64,000 nt of DNA from Adineta vaga (Eukaryota > Animalia > Rotifera): the NCBI GenBank assembly GCA_021613535.1, contig CP075493.1, positions 8,990,001 to 9,054,000 on the forward strand. The letters are read 5' to 3'. Positions 37,186-49,064 of the stretch are shown piece by piece. A model generated the notes under the pieces. It did not search any database. It was not told the origin of the DNA and saw nothing but the letters and a program-made list of their open reading frames with translations. The translations under genes and the position numbers were made by a program. Every line of letters begins with the position of its first letter. The stretch's first letter is position 1.

Positions 37186-38256
37186 TTAAGCGCTGGAAAA
37201 ATTAGTTCGATGTTTCAGAAGTGTCTCATGCCAATATTGCGCATATATAACATTAGGTACAAGATGATCATTCAATGAAAAATTAAATGATAATAAAAAG
37301 TCAAGTGTTACATTCGACCAATCGTCAACAATAATCGATTGTGTTTTCTTAAATAATGGATCTAATCCAGATGTTAAAACAATGGGTATAGCACCCATTA
37401 GTAGTGCTTCCCATGTTCGATGACAATCGAGTCCATTGCCGGGTGGTGACAAAACAAATTTCGTATTTCCAATATGTTCTAAATATGTATCAAATGAAAT
37501 TCGACTTTTGATGATTTGTACATTTTTAATAGTTGATGCTTGTTGATAAGCTTTTCGTCGTTGAATTGGATTGGTATGTGGAGAGAAATTAACATACAAG
37601 AAACTGGTTCGTTGGGACCAAGGTTTGCGATATTTTTGAAAAGCTGTAGATATTTTATCTAAGTTTCCTTGGGACCAACGCGTATTTGCTAATCCAATCG
37701 GAATAGGAATTAGTTTTTGAAGATTTTTATGACTTGGATTCGATGCGTACCATTGTAAGATTTTAGGTTGTGATAAATATGTTTGATATTCTACTGGTGC
37801 TGAGCGATCACTGTTGTGTGTAACTAATACAAATGATTTAGTAATAGAATTAAATGATACATGAAAAAACTCTGCTATCATATCTGATTTGACAAAAACA
37901 ATATCACCATATTGTACTGAATTTAAGTTATCATGTCGAGTTTCATCATAGATATAATCAGCAAATGCTCGAAATGTATCACCACTAATATACGGATATG
38001 AAGAATTTCGAGTAGTTGTTGCATGACGATAATATACAGAAGTTGAACTAATGTTACTTTTATTCTTCGTTAAGAAATGACGAAAGTATGTCATGTTCTT
38101 TGATGCAGTTATTTTATCAATCCATGTTCTAATTTGAGATAAAAGCGAAGCATTGTAACATTCGAATAGTATGTATGACATAGATACGAATACAAGTGTA
38201 TAGAAAATAATCGGATGTTTTCCAAATAGTATATTCTTCATCGTTGCGAATTTCAT
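37186..38256 (-). CDS. Intronless type-II membrane glycosyltransferase, exostosin/GT47-like
   Basis: N-terminal TM, YPYISGDTFR, LVTHNSD, PIPIGL, LYVNF, KFVLSPPGNGLDCHRTWEALLMGAIPIV (exostosin-like C-terminal motif). Confidence 0.82.
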   Translation of the reverse strand: MKFATMKNILFGKHPIIFYTLVFVSMSYILFECYNASLLSQIRTWIDKITASKNMTYFRHFLTKNKSNISSTSVYYRHATTTRNSSYPYISGDTFRAFADYIYDETRHDNLNSVQYGDIVFVKSDMIAEFFHVSFNSITKSFVLVTHNSDRSAPVEYQTYLSQPKILQWYASNPSHKNLQKLIPIPIGLANTRWSQGNLDKISTAFQKYRKPWSQRTSFLYVNFSPHTNPIQRRKAYQQASTIKNVQIIKSRISFDTYLEHIGNTKFVLSPPGNGLDCHRTWEALLMGAIPIVLTSGLDPLFKKTQSIIVDDWSNVTLDFLLSFNFSLNDHLVPNVIYAQYWHETLLKHRTNFSSA

Positions 38257-41209
38257 AGTACAATTCTTGTAAAATAAAACGAAGAATTAAATTAGAAAAA
38301 TGGAAAAGTCTTCAGTAGAATGTTACATAAATATACGGCACGGCTTTAATATGTATAAATTCATTTTTTGAGGAAGAAAGTTCACACTTAGTCCTGCGCC
38401 CACTCTCAATCTACTCAGGTCTTTACAATCACAAATATATAATCTAATTAGTAAAAAAATAATTTATAATCGAATGACGAAAACTTAAAACCTCTGTTTC
38501 TACTAAAAACTAAGTTAATGCATTTTCAATGAGAAACAGTAGATCTATCCACATATTACTATAAACAACATAGACACTGAATGATCAGAAACTCGTGTTC
38601 TAAAATAAATTTTACATTCTATAGGTAAGATAACATACTTTGAAGCTATGTTAAGTTTCGTAAAACATCTGTTTTGCAGTTTTTCTAAATTCTTGCCATA
38701 AGAAACAAAATGCGGAGAATCAAAGCAACAAAAATGCATATTCTATCTGATATCTGGGATTTTAAAAAAGTCTAATTCATTTTTTATTCCTTGTTCTCTA
38801 CTATCGCAGAAAATTTTCTTGTTATCTCGTAGATAATCAAGGATAGTAAAAGACGTTACGGATACATATATTTCTTTTGTTTTACATAGAAAAAAGAACT
38901 TACTTCTTAATAAAAAAAGATTTAAGAAATCATAGTCTTCATTTTTTCCATAAAAATTACTCTGACGAATATATACGTCGTTAATAGTCAAGTGGTTAAT
39001 AGACTTAGCGTTTTCTCATACTTCACCGATAGTTAACAAACAAAAACATCGATAAATATTAATTTAAGTCTGGGTAAACAGTCGATTCTGAAATTCTACT
39101 AAAATTCAACTAAATACCAATAACTGAATCCTGAAAGAGTATTTATTACATGGTATACAAAATGCCAAGCACTATCTGTAACGAAACATCGATGTTCGTT
39201 TCTTTCAAATGTAAGACGTAGAAAGAGTGAAAAGACGTAAGATATGTTGAACTAGATTGTGTTTACGAAGAGAAAAACTTAAACGTATTGACACGTAGGA
39301 TGCGAATACGTTTATTACATTAGAGGAAAACAATTTTTGTTTTATGAATATACTAAAGATGTTTGCAGGCAATTTCGTAGGATCCACATGTAAAGAGAGA
39401 AGATAAGCGACACATCGAAAAAAGTGTTTGACTTATTTAAAAGGTAGCATTATAAAGAACATTCTACTCGAATAAGTTGGCAAGTGCTGTTTAAAATACT
39501 CTTCTAGTATCTATTGTAGGCATAACTTTCAATCAGAGTAAGAAAAACAGTGTCTACTAAATCATTTGCAAGAAAATCTTATGTTTTCAATGAAAAAATT
39601 CTCAAAGCGTTTTTTTTCTAACTCACCATGAATAAACACACTTCAACAACAATGCCGGAAACATTATATGTTATTGATGAAGTTCAGAGATGATTTCTAT
39701 TTGTACTTCAGTTTTTTAAAAGAACAATACAATTGAAAGCAGATGCGTAGAAGTAGAAGAGTATTGTCGAACTTAGAGAAAGTCTAAATGATAGCTATAC
39801 ACAAAATAAAAACTGCATAGAAATTGATGTATCTGTAATATGTATTTAAATCTGTATGGATTTGATGAATTGAGATAGATTTTTGGTACAATCTACTTTG
39901 AATAATCTGTAGAAATACGTAGAATTTGTGTCTATCAACTATGTGAAATCTGAGTTGGAAATAAATAGATTTTCTAGATTTCATTGAGTGTCACTTTGAA
40001 ATTCATCATACTAATACAGTTTGTTGAAAACATGTGGCATACTTCTATACAATCAGAAGTAAAAAGAATATAATTATTAGAAATGAAGTTAAGACTAAAT
40101 CTTCAAAAAGAAGCAAAATATTGTCTTTGATTTTATTAGATGTTGAAATATTCTATTCTTCTTTTCATGTTCTTAGACAGTCAAGTACCAAACAAAAACA
40201 CATAGAAACGTTAAAATTTAAACGGAAATAAAATTGAAATTAACGCACATTTCAAAGCAATTGCAACGTGCTTTTATCCAGTTCTTGATAAGGTTTGTCT
40301 ACCTGATTAGTCTATTTCGCCGAAAAAATATTAATACAAGATATGCTCATTAGGAAAAGGTTTTCGAAATATCAAGTTTTGTTAGTATTTATTTTCTATA
40401 ACTAACTGAAATCAGTTTCTAAAAAAAGCAAATAGTTTTGTTTTTCTTAAAACAATAGAAAATGATCTGTATTCATTCTTTATATCAACTTTCTATCGAC
40501 GTTGTTGTCGCCATAACTATCCAATTTCTCTCATCGATACATTGATGTATCATTTTATCCAGTTTATTATCTATGTCTGGATGAAATAACCTCTGCGTTT
40601 TCTTTCACTGTAACTTTAACCTCATACGATACATATAGCAATGCATTGCTTCATAGAAGAAGACTATTAAGATGATTATTTTATATATTGTAAATGCTAC
40701 TTGCTAAAAATCGTTTTCTTAGACATTCTATCTAATGGTATTTGACGCGACGATGGTATGTACATCAATTCAGATGTACTTAACATCTGCGATATTTACA
40801 TCTCGACAGATAGATGGGAAAAGTGATGAACATAATCGCAATCAATTTACCAATAGCTGAAATCAATTTGAAAAAAGCGAAGTTGTTTTGGGTAAATACA
40901 CAAAACTTAAGGCAATGGTTTCACATTCATTAGAAAAAGCAATCCATTTTTATTCAGGTAGTCTGCCAACAGAAGAGAATTCAAGTTATGATGAAGATTT
41001 TATTACATTATTTGAATATTTCAAGAATATTTATTTTTAATATTAAACTAATTCTGCCAGTATCTACTGTCAAATAGTTCTAGAACAAATGTTGACATTC
41101 TCGCTTCTACTCTATCAATTACACAACTAATCAAAGAAAAAGGTGATTAAAAAAGTAGAAAAAGATGTTCGTTAGCATCGAATTCCACCGATGTAGTTGT
41201 TGTTATTGT

Positions 41210-41903
41210 TTACTCTTTGTATTTATCATGTAAATGTTCGGCACCCGATCTGTGCCATGTGAGGATTTCTTCGGGTTTGAACCAGACATCAATTTCACGT
41301 TTAGCAGCTTTTTCCGAGTCACTGCCATGAACGACATTTCTTTAATATGAAGAAAGAAGAACTAATCGATCTTTCTGTACAAAGAAAAGTTCAGAATTTA
41401 CCGTCCCATTGCAGTAGCATAGTCACCACGGATTGTACCTGGTTGAGCTTTGATTGGATCGGTGGCTCCAAGAATTGAACGACCAGCGGTGATGACACCG
41501 GATCCTTCCCAGACCTGATAATAAAATTGATTAGAAAGATATGAAAACTAGATATAACAACAAACCATAGCAACAGCTGGACCTGATGAACCATAGGCCA
41601 AAAGTGGTTCGAAATAGTTTTTGCCTAGAGAATTTCAAATCAAAATAATAGAAAGAAGTTCTTCAGTGTTAGAGTTACCTTTATGATCTTCATAGTGGAT
41701 TTCAAGTTGAGCACGAGTAGCCTAAATTATATAAGTAAATTGAACTAGATTCTTTTCTATTGGCGAGAACTTACTTGAATAAATTTGATGGCAACAAGTT
41801 TGAAACCCCGGTTTTCAAATCGACGGATGATTTCTCCAACAAGACCTCGTTGAACACCATCGTGTTTAACCATAATAAAGCTATGTTCACGTGTATTGGC
41901 CAT
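41210..41903 (-). CDS. NME: Nucleoside diphosphate kinase, group I (nm23/awd)
   Basis: [25 protein letters not shown]|VWEG, GATDP...PGTIRGD, R|[14 protein letters not shown]. Five coding exons; TATA-like TATATAAAT near 42055. Confidence 0.95.
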
Positions 41904-42130
41904 GGTTATATTGATTTAACTGTAGTTAAGCTGGGCAATCTAAATGATACAAATAACAAAATCTCAGTGGTAAATATAATCCAAGAGAAGTGTGATATCA
42001 CTCGAATACTCTAGAATGATAACTGAAGACAACATCGAATGATTGTCTTCGTATTTATATATCCATTTACAAGGCATATGTGTTTATCATATAGAGCAAG
42101 AAAAATCAGCGTATTGAGAAATTTCTTTTT

Positions 42131-42610
42131 CGGATGATATAATCCATGGTTGATGTAGAAGGGTCACAATAAACTCGTTACAGATTTTTTTTGTTGATGA
42201 TAGAATGAAGCTTTATTATTAGACTGAGAATCAGATATTATTATCGTCGTCGTTCGTTAACGATGAGTTACGAACAAAACACAGAAAATAGCAGATAGCA
42301 AAAATATTATTTGGAAGAAAAATAAGACCTGATTGATGTAGACCCGATAAGCTCTTCCGTATTTGTTTGTGTGCCGAAAAAAAAGAACTTCAGATGAGAC
42401 AAAATTGGCAGCTGTTCGAGCTTTTGTTAATCGATGTTTTTCCATGCGCATGATTCCATAGGTCAATGAAGGATGCTATTATTTTAGCTAATGGTTTTCA
42501 ATATGCTGTTAACAGCCTTTAGGGTGTGAGATGGGTCTGCGTTATTATCTGATTCAGTATGATGATAAAAATTGTATCCAACAGATTTCAATATGATCGT
42601 TGTGCTTGAA
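42131..42610 (+). ncRNA. Candidate cluster of box C/D snoRNAs
   Basis: Repeated C...D'...C'...D arrangements: CGGATGA 42131 / CAGA 42181 / TTGATGA 42194 / CTGA 42224; ACGATGA 42260 / CAGA / TGGAAGA / CTGA 42329; ATGAAGG 42466 / CTGA 42549; ATGATGA 42559. Motif evidence only. Confidence 0.35.
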
Positions 42611-42744
42611 CAAATCATGTGTATTGATATTGATTTTTTGTCATAAGACAGATGTTATTCTCTGCTTGAAACAAGAAAAAAAGATTTTATTAGAGACGTA
42701 TATTACACCAATTTATGATACACAAAAAGAAAACAATAATGAAT

Positions 42745-43580
42745 TTATTTTTTCTCTTCATCGCTTGAACTATTTTGTCTATTTCGTATGTGTTTACGAA
42801 TATCTGTTTTATCGTGTTCTTTCTTTTGTAGTGGTGACGAAGATTCTTTTACTGGATGATTTTCTTCTTGTTGAGCAACTGGAACTTCAGCAGATTTCAT
42901 TTCAGTATTCGAGACTTTTTCACCTTCATCTTCACTAGGTGAATTAGAAGATGAAGAAGAATCCTTTTCGCCGGATTTATTCGATTTCTGGCCATTTGTA
43001 TGTTTTTTATTCTTGAGTTTACCTTTTTGTTTCAAACTAAATATAAATAAACAAATCAAGAATGAAATATAGGAAAAACTTGATTAAACTAACCGTTTTT
43101 TCCGTTTTTTCGCTGTCTGACTTTCAGCTTTTTGTTTACCATCCTCCACTTTCGCTAACCATTGCTCATTTGCTTCTTTCTAAAAAGAAAATAACAATAT
43201 TCACTTGAATTCATTCATTCAATCTTGTTCAACAAACTTCTTTTGCTTCACGACTAAGAAATGCTTCTCGAATGATTTGTCGTCGTCGACAACCACGATA
43301 AATATCGAATTCTCCAGATCCAGCACCAGCACTTGCACCTACATATCAATAAATCATAGAAAGAGATTAAAAAACACAATTTTTTGTTTGTCTTACCCAT
43401 CACATTGCGTACGAATTCATGTGGTTGAAAAGCTCGTGGTAATTTCATTTCTTTCTTCTGTGGTATAAAAACAGGTTTTTCGACATTTTTCATCAAACGT
43501 TCCAATCGTGCTTTTTGTACTTCCACGGGACTTGTAAAAATCTGTTTATTAAGTTTTCGCTCTTCTTCATCCGAAGACAT
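42745..43580 (-). CDS. PRKRIP1: PRKR-interacting protein 1 homolog
   Basis: LERLMKN...PHEFVRNVMG|ASAGAGSGEFDIYRGCRRR and TAKKRKKR|LKQK. Four exons. Confidence 0.92.
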
Positions 43581-43764
43581 AATTACTTTTCGTTAATCTA
43601 AATAAATTAACAAGAACTTGTTTTTTATTTTTATTCTATGTCGTTTTCTTTTTCTCTTTTTATTCTGATGTTTTACTAATCAAAACAATACACATAGAAA
43701 AAATAACGACAAAAAACATTCTTGTGTAATATTCTTCTTGTGATAGTAGTTTGAAGATTTTCAT

Positions 43765-44761
43765 TTAAGTATTTCGTTGATGAGCTGCTTCACGAGCTTT
43801 AATACGTTCAAGTCGATTGATACGTGCTTGAGATTTATTTCCCAAAACACCACCACCCCAATGACGACGTAATTCATCGTAACGATCATTGAAATTTGTT
43901 TTAACAGCTTCAATAATCTTACCTAAACCGGATTTATCTTCAGTATTAACATCAGTTAAAGCAACTGTTGTACATGTTTTCAAATGAACAAGACGGCCAA
44001 GACGTGCTTTGCCTTTAACAATACAGTATGGAATACCCATTTTACGACATAAAGTTGGTAAATGAAGAACAAGTTCAATTGGTTCAACATCATGAGCAAT
44101 AAGAACCTAAAGGAATTCAAATAAGAACTCATTTTCTTTTCTTTTTTTTTCTACGTACTAATTGTGCCTTCTTTTTTTCAATCAATGCAGTAACAGTATT
44201 CATTCCACTACGAATACCATTTGGTCGTTTTGTTGGTCGATCAGGTTTATCACTTTTAGCTTGTTGTTCAGCACGTTGTTTTAAACGAAGTTTTTTTTCT
44301 GCTCGACTTTCTGGGCGATATTTTTCGAGTAATTTAAATAATTGTGTTGATGTTTGTTTATCAAGCGTTTGAGTAAATTGGTTGATTGGTGGTGGAACTT
44401 TCAAACGTTTAAGTAAAATACTACGTTGACGTTGAACACGAATGTATTGTGGCCATTTAACAAAACGTGTTAAATCACGTTTATGTTGAATATCTAGAAG
44501 AAAAAGTATAAGAATTTATTAGACGATATGAAAGGTTCATCTATTCGATATCTTACCTTGTCCAATACCAAAGTTTTTACTACGTTTTTCATAGAGTGGA
44601 TTAGAAAGTTTTTTTGATTCAACCTTAGACTTGAGTGGTGCAGCTGCAATCTTCTTTTTTCCTTTTTTTAAACCTCCACTTGATGCAGATGTTTTCGACG
44701 TTGTTGTCTTCGTCGTGGTGGTTGTTTTCTTTGTTGTTGCACTACCTGTAACAGGTGACAT
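43765..44761 (-). CDS. RPL7A: 60S ribosomal protein L7a (eL8)
   Basis: [15 protein letters not shown]|[62 protein letters not shown]. Three exons. Confidence 0.97.
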
Positions 44762-44873
44762 CCTTTCGATTGATATAGATAGAAATATTCAATCTAGAAT
44801 AGAATATGTTCCGTATTAAACAATATTTATACGAATAAGATAATTAACAAAAGAAAAAGAATATAGTTTTTTT

Positions 44874-45855
44874 CTATAGATTATCATTATTATTGTTGTT
44901 ATTATTATCTTCATCGTCATCATCGTCCTCATCATCTTCGATATCATCTTCCTCTTCCTCTTCTTCTTCTTTTGGTATATTATAATGTCGAAATTGAGAT
45001 TTTAATTCATAGGTATGACCCTTTAAGAACAAAAACAAATATTGATAGTTATTTTTGAAGAAATCTTCCTACCGAACTATTGTAATTACAATATCGTTTA
45101 ACAAGTTGATGCAAGAAACTTTTGGGTTGATTTGTAATTGCTTCAAGTCCACTCATTGATATGTATTGATTTTTTGAAAAAGCCGCAAATATACTATGAA
45201 GTACGGCATCTTCGGAACTTCGAATACGTTTGCCTGCTTGTTTCTTCAATCGATTACGTTCTTTATTTGCTTCATGATCACGTCTGGGTACATACATATT
45301 CGTCTTCTTATTGATCATTTGAGCTTTACGTGTTGGTTCTTGAGAAGTTTCAAAATGTTTACGTTTCATTGACATATATTCTTCATTTTCAACTGGACGA
45401 ACTTCAGCACGTTGAATAACTTTACCAACGATAGATATTTGTTCACCAATAGGTGAATTCGAACTATTCACCGTTCGAGTATATACTGAACGAAGAACGC
45501 CATCAGATATATTGCTTAGACAAAAACGATGTTCTCGTGGTGGTAATTTGAAATCTTTTGAGGGATTTTTCTCTTTCAATTTGTCCATAATATGATCATT
45601 AAGACAAAAGAAAACATCTTGTGATCGTCCACCAGATGCTGCTGTTGCTGTTGTTGCTGCTGTTGTAGATGCTGTTCCTTTTGTAGGTTGTGATTGTGGT
45701 CGTTTAATTAAACGTCCAACTTCTCCATTGATTGCTCCATCACCATATTCAGTAAGAATTTGTGACAGATATTTCGGCATTTTTACAAGCCATACTCCGC
45801 TTGTCGAACGTGTTAAATCAACATCAATTGGAGTCGATGGATCGTTTGTCGCCAT
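44874..45855 (-). CDS. GTF2F2: General transcription factor IIF subunit 2 (RAP30)
   Basis: VDLTRSTSGVWLVKMPKYLS, IVGKVIQRAEVRP, winged-helix IFAAFSKNQY...TNQPKSFL, TYELKSQFRHY, acidic tail. Two coding exons. Confidence 0.9.
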
Positions 45856-48800
45856 CTAAAATAGAGAAATCAAAAATGTTTTTGAAAAAATATTTATTCA
45901 TAATTTCATCTCTATTGAACTATGTTGAGTTTCTATTCGTACTCGGAAAATGATTGATTATCGTTCAAAATATAACTTTTCTTTCTCTTCGATATTACAA
46001 CTATTGATGTAAGTAAGAGAAAATCGTCTTGCACTTCGATAAAAGTAAATAACCTATTTCCATTAATTACCCACGGTTAAATCCAAATTAAATTCAACAC
46101 AATGAAAAAGTAAACTCCTTCAAGTGTTCTATTCTTTTTCAATCAAATCTTTTTAACTTTTAAATTACATTCGAGACTGAATTAGTTTAAAAAGAAGTTT
46201 CAAATTTCCATGGATGAATTAACAGATGTCGCTAGAGATCAACTGAACATGATTATATTTATATTGAAAACTGAAAATCAATATAAAATATTAGTTTTAT
46301 TTATATGATATAATTAATTCTCTTTCTTCCGTATGTAGATGTTTATGAATAGATTTATCAATAAATCAAATGAAATTCGATCGTAAAGAAAGAATATCAT
46401 TCAAATAGAATGGTATGGTTATTTGTAAATATTTAATGTCAAACTTCCAGAATTCTATATCGTTCAGAATGACGTAGACATATCTATTCAAATATTAGTC
46501 TCATTCACTTCGATTCAATACGAATATTTGAATCAATAATTCGTGTGATTAATGTAAAAAAAGAAACGAATGCGGTAATCACTATATATATATCTCCTGA
46601 CTATAAGAGTAAGTGACACAATTGAATATCTTCACACCATCACGTCACTCATAACAGCAGACATCAAATTTTTTTGAAAAATTGACACTTCTCCTCGGCA
46701 TGGAACGCTAAATTGTTATTCATTTTCTGTCACACTAGGTTGCTTCACCTCCAATTATCTAACCGAAAATGCATCTATTTGTCGACTAGAAGAAAACAAA
46801 ATACATATAAAATTTCATCAACTGAGATGAAAATTGATTAACACACCGAGAAAAAGACGAACAACAGTATGTAATTAGAAACACATCAGATCATGTTCAA
46901 TGAACATTCGTGATATTAACATTGAGATGAGTATTGTTCTTGAATCGATTCGTGCACATTTCCCTTTAGACAAAATGAAAACAAATATTTCAATTTTGGT
47001 ACTTTTTGTATTGTTTTCAAATGTAAATATTAGTAGAGAAGCATTCCGCTTATGTTTACTTTAGATATGTATAGAGATTCATTATGCAAAGAAAACAAAT
47101 GATATCAGTGATATATATCTCACCTTGATTTTGTTCTCTCTCTCGCTCTCTCATGTTCAGTGTTCAAAGAGAATAACTGATGATATAAACGAAATTTACT
47201 CATGCGAAAGGTCATTATTGTCATCAAATAGCCTTGCGGGAATATAATCACTGACACATTCGATATCGGCGAGAAGATCACAGAGTAACATGAGCAATTT
47301 GTTATTTGTTCAAAATCACATAGGTAGGAGATAGAAAAAAAGGATACAAATGAGAGTTTATAGTCGCTCTAGGCATATTCTCTCACTCGATAAATGACAA
47401 TAATCAAATAACATATTTTTCATTTTAATTGTTTTAACACGAGTCATAAGAATGAAATATATTTAGTTTGAACTGCCTTAGGCATACTAAAACATGTATT
47501 TATGAAAAGATATAAGAAGCTTATCTATAGAAACTGTACAGATGTGATGTAATCAGATCTGCTAGTATGAATATTTCATTTGTTTCGCTAGATGAGCATC
47601 ATTTTCATTTTAATCAATAGTGAAGGGGTGATTTGATGTATGTGTTAGGAGAGAGAAACGAAATCATGCTATGAAGGTCTCTAATGAAATTGAAGATTGA
47701 ATAATCATTCAGTTGAGAAATATCTGCTTGATAATGTATTTAATAGAAGGACAAGTTTAGATAGATTAATCGATGTATGTACAATGAACTGAAGACAAAT
47801 CTGATCATCATTGTCACCCATTCTTGAACATGTCTGGTATGTGCGTGTCTGTCGTCATTCGTCAACGTCTCTATCAGTCAACTAATCATCTTTAATTGAT
47901 CGTTAGTTCATCGCATGCATGTACAAATGTTTCACCCTTGCGAGGAAGAGGAATGTCGATTTTATTCCATACTCAATAGGTCCGAGTTCATTTATACAGA
48001 TCAGTTCTGCCTTATTCGGTTCATTGTTATATTCTCATGAGTAAACAGAAGAATAACAATGACTTTCTTTCATTTTATCTAACATCTGTAAATTGTCATT
48101 GTTACTCAAGCTGATTATTAATCTATATATTTAAGTATAGTACAAGGCTAAATTCTTTTCACGATCGAATTCATCGATATTGTATGTTTCTCTTATAATT
48201 ATTCTTTTCAGTTTCTCTATAGCATTGCATGACTAAAGGTAAAGGAACATATGAGCTTTCGTTTATATTTCCGTTTGCTTATAGTTTAATCCGGCTTTTG
48301 ATGAGAGTTAGAATCACTAATTAATGTAAAACTGTCCCCGTTACTCATCCTATTGACATGCAATATTAGGAATGTATTAGATTTGAACACATACATAGCA
48401 ACATAGAAAAAAAGGACGAACGCCAGACAGTATTCGATCAATTTTCATAAATAAATATTCTGTCTATCAATCATTGAATAAAAATCTTTAAGATGTAATT
48501 TGAGATTTGACATATCACAAAATGAATCTTTTATCTATGAGACTTGCATAAATTGTCATCCCATTTATCATTCACCTGTTCAACAAATTAGCTTCTATTA
48601 TCATGATATGTATATTGTGTAATTGAACAGTTAAATGTACATACATACTCATACCCATACACATACACACATTTGTTCGATGATCAATCCCATGAGAACT
48701 GATTTTATCGATTAGAACGATCACTTGACATTCTATCCTCGATGACGAAGACGAGTTTATTTTAAATCGGATGCAAATTGTTTCTTCGATCGAGACAATT

Positions 48801-49042
48801 GTTCGATCTCTTCGTTTTCCCCGAACGGGACAAAATGACAAGTTATTTGATTAGACCGATTTAATTCTCTCGATAGGAGATGTGCGTGTTGAACTCTTGA
48901 AACATCGGTCAAGCGAGACATTTTGCCTTTGATTATGAAATCAGTCATATATATATGTATCTAAACAGGCATGTGCATGAGAAGCCATTAGTACAGGTTG
49001 AAAGAAATTTTTTTTTCAATAAAGAACAGAAGTTCTATAATA

Positions 49043-49064
49043 CATATATATATATATATATATA
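49043..49064. repeat. (TA)n microsatellite
   Basis: Perfect TA run; similar runs near 7366-7388 and 17302-17325. Confidence 0.9.
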
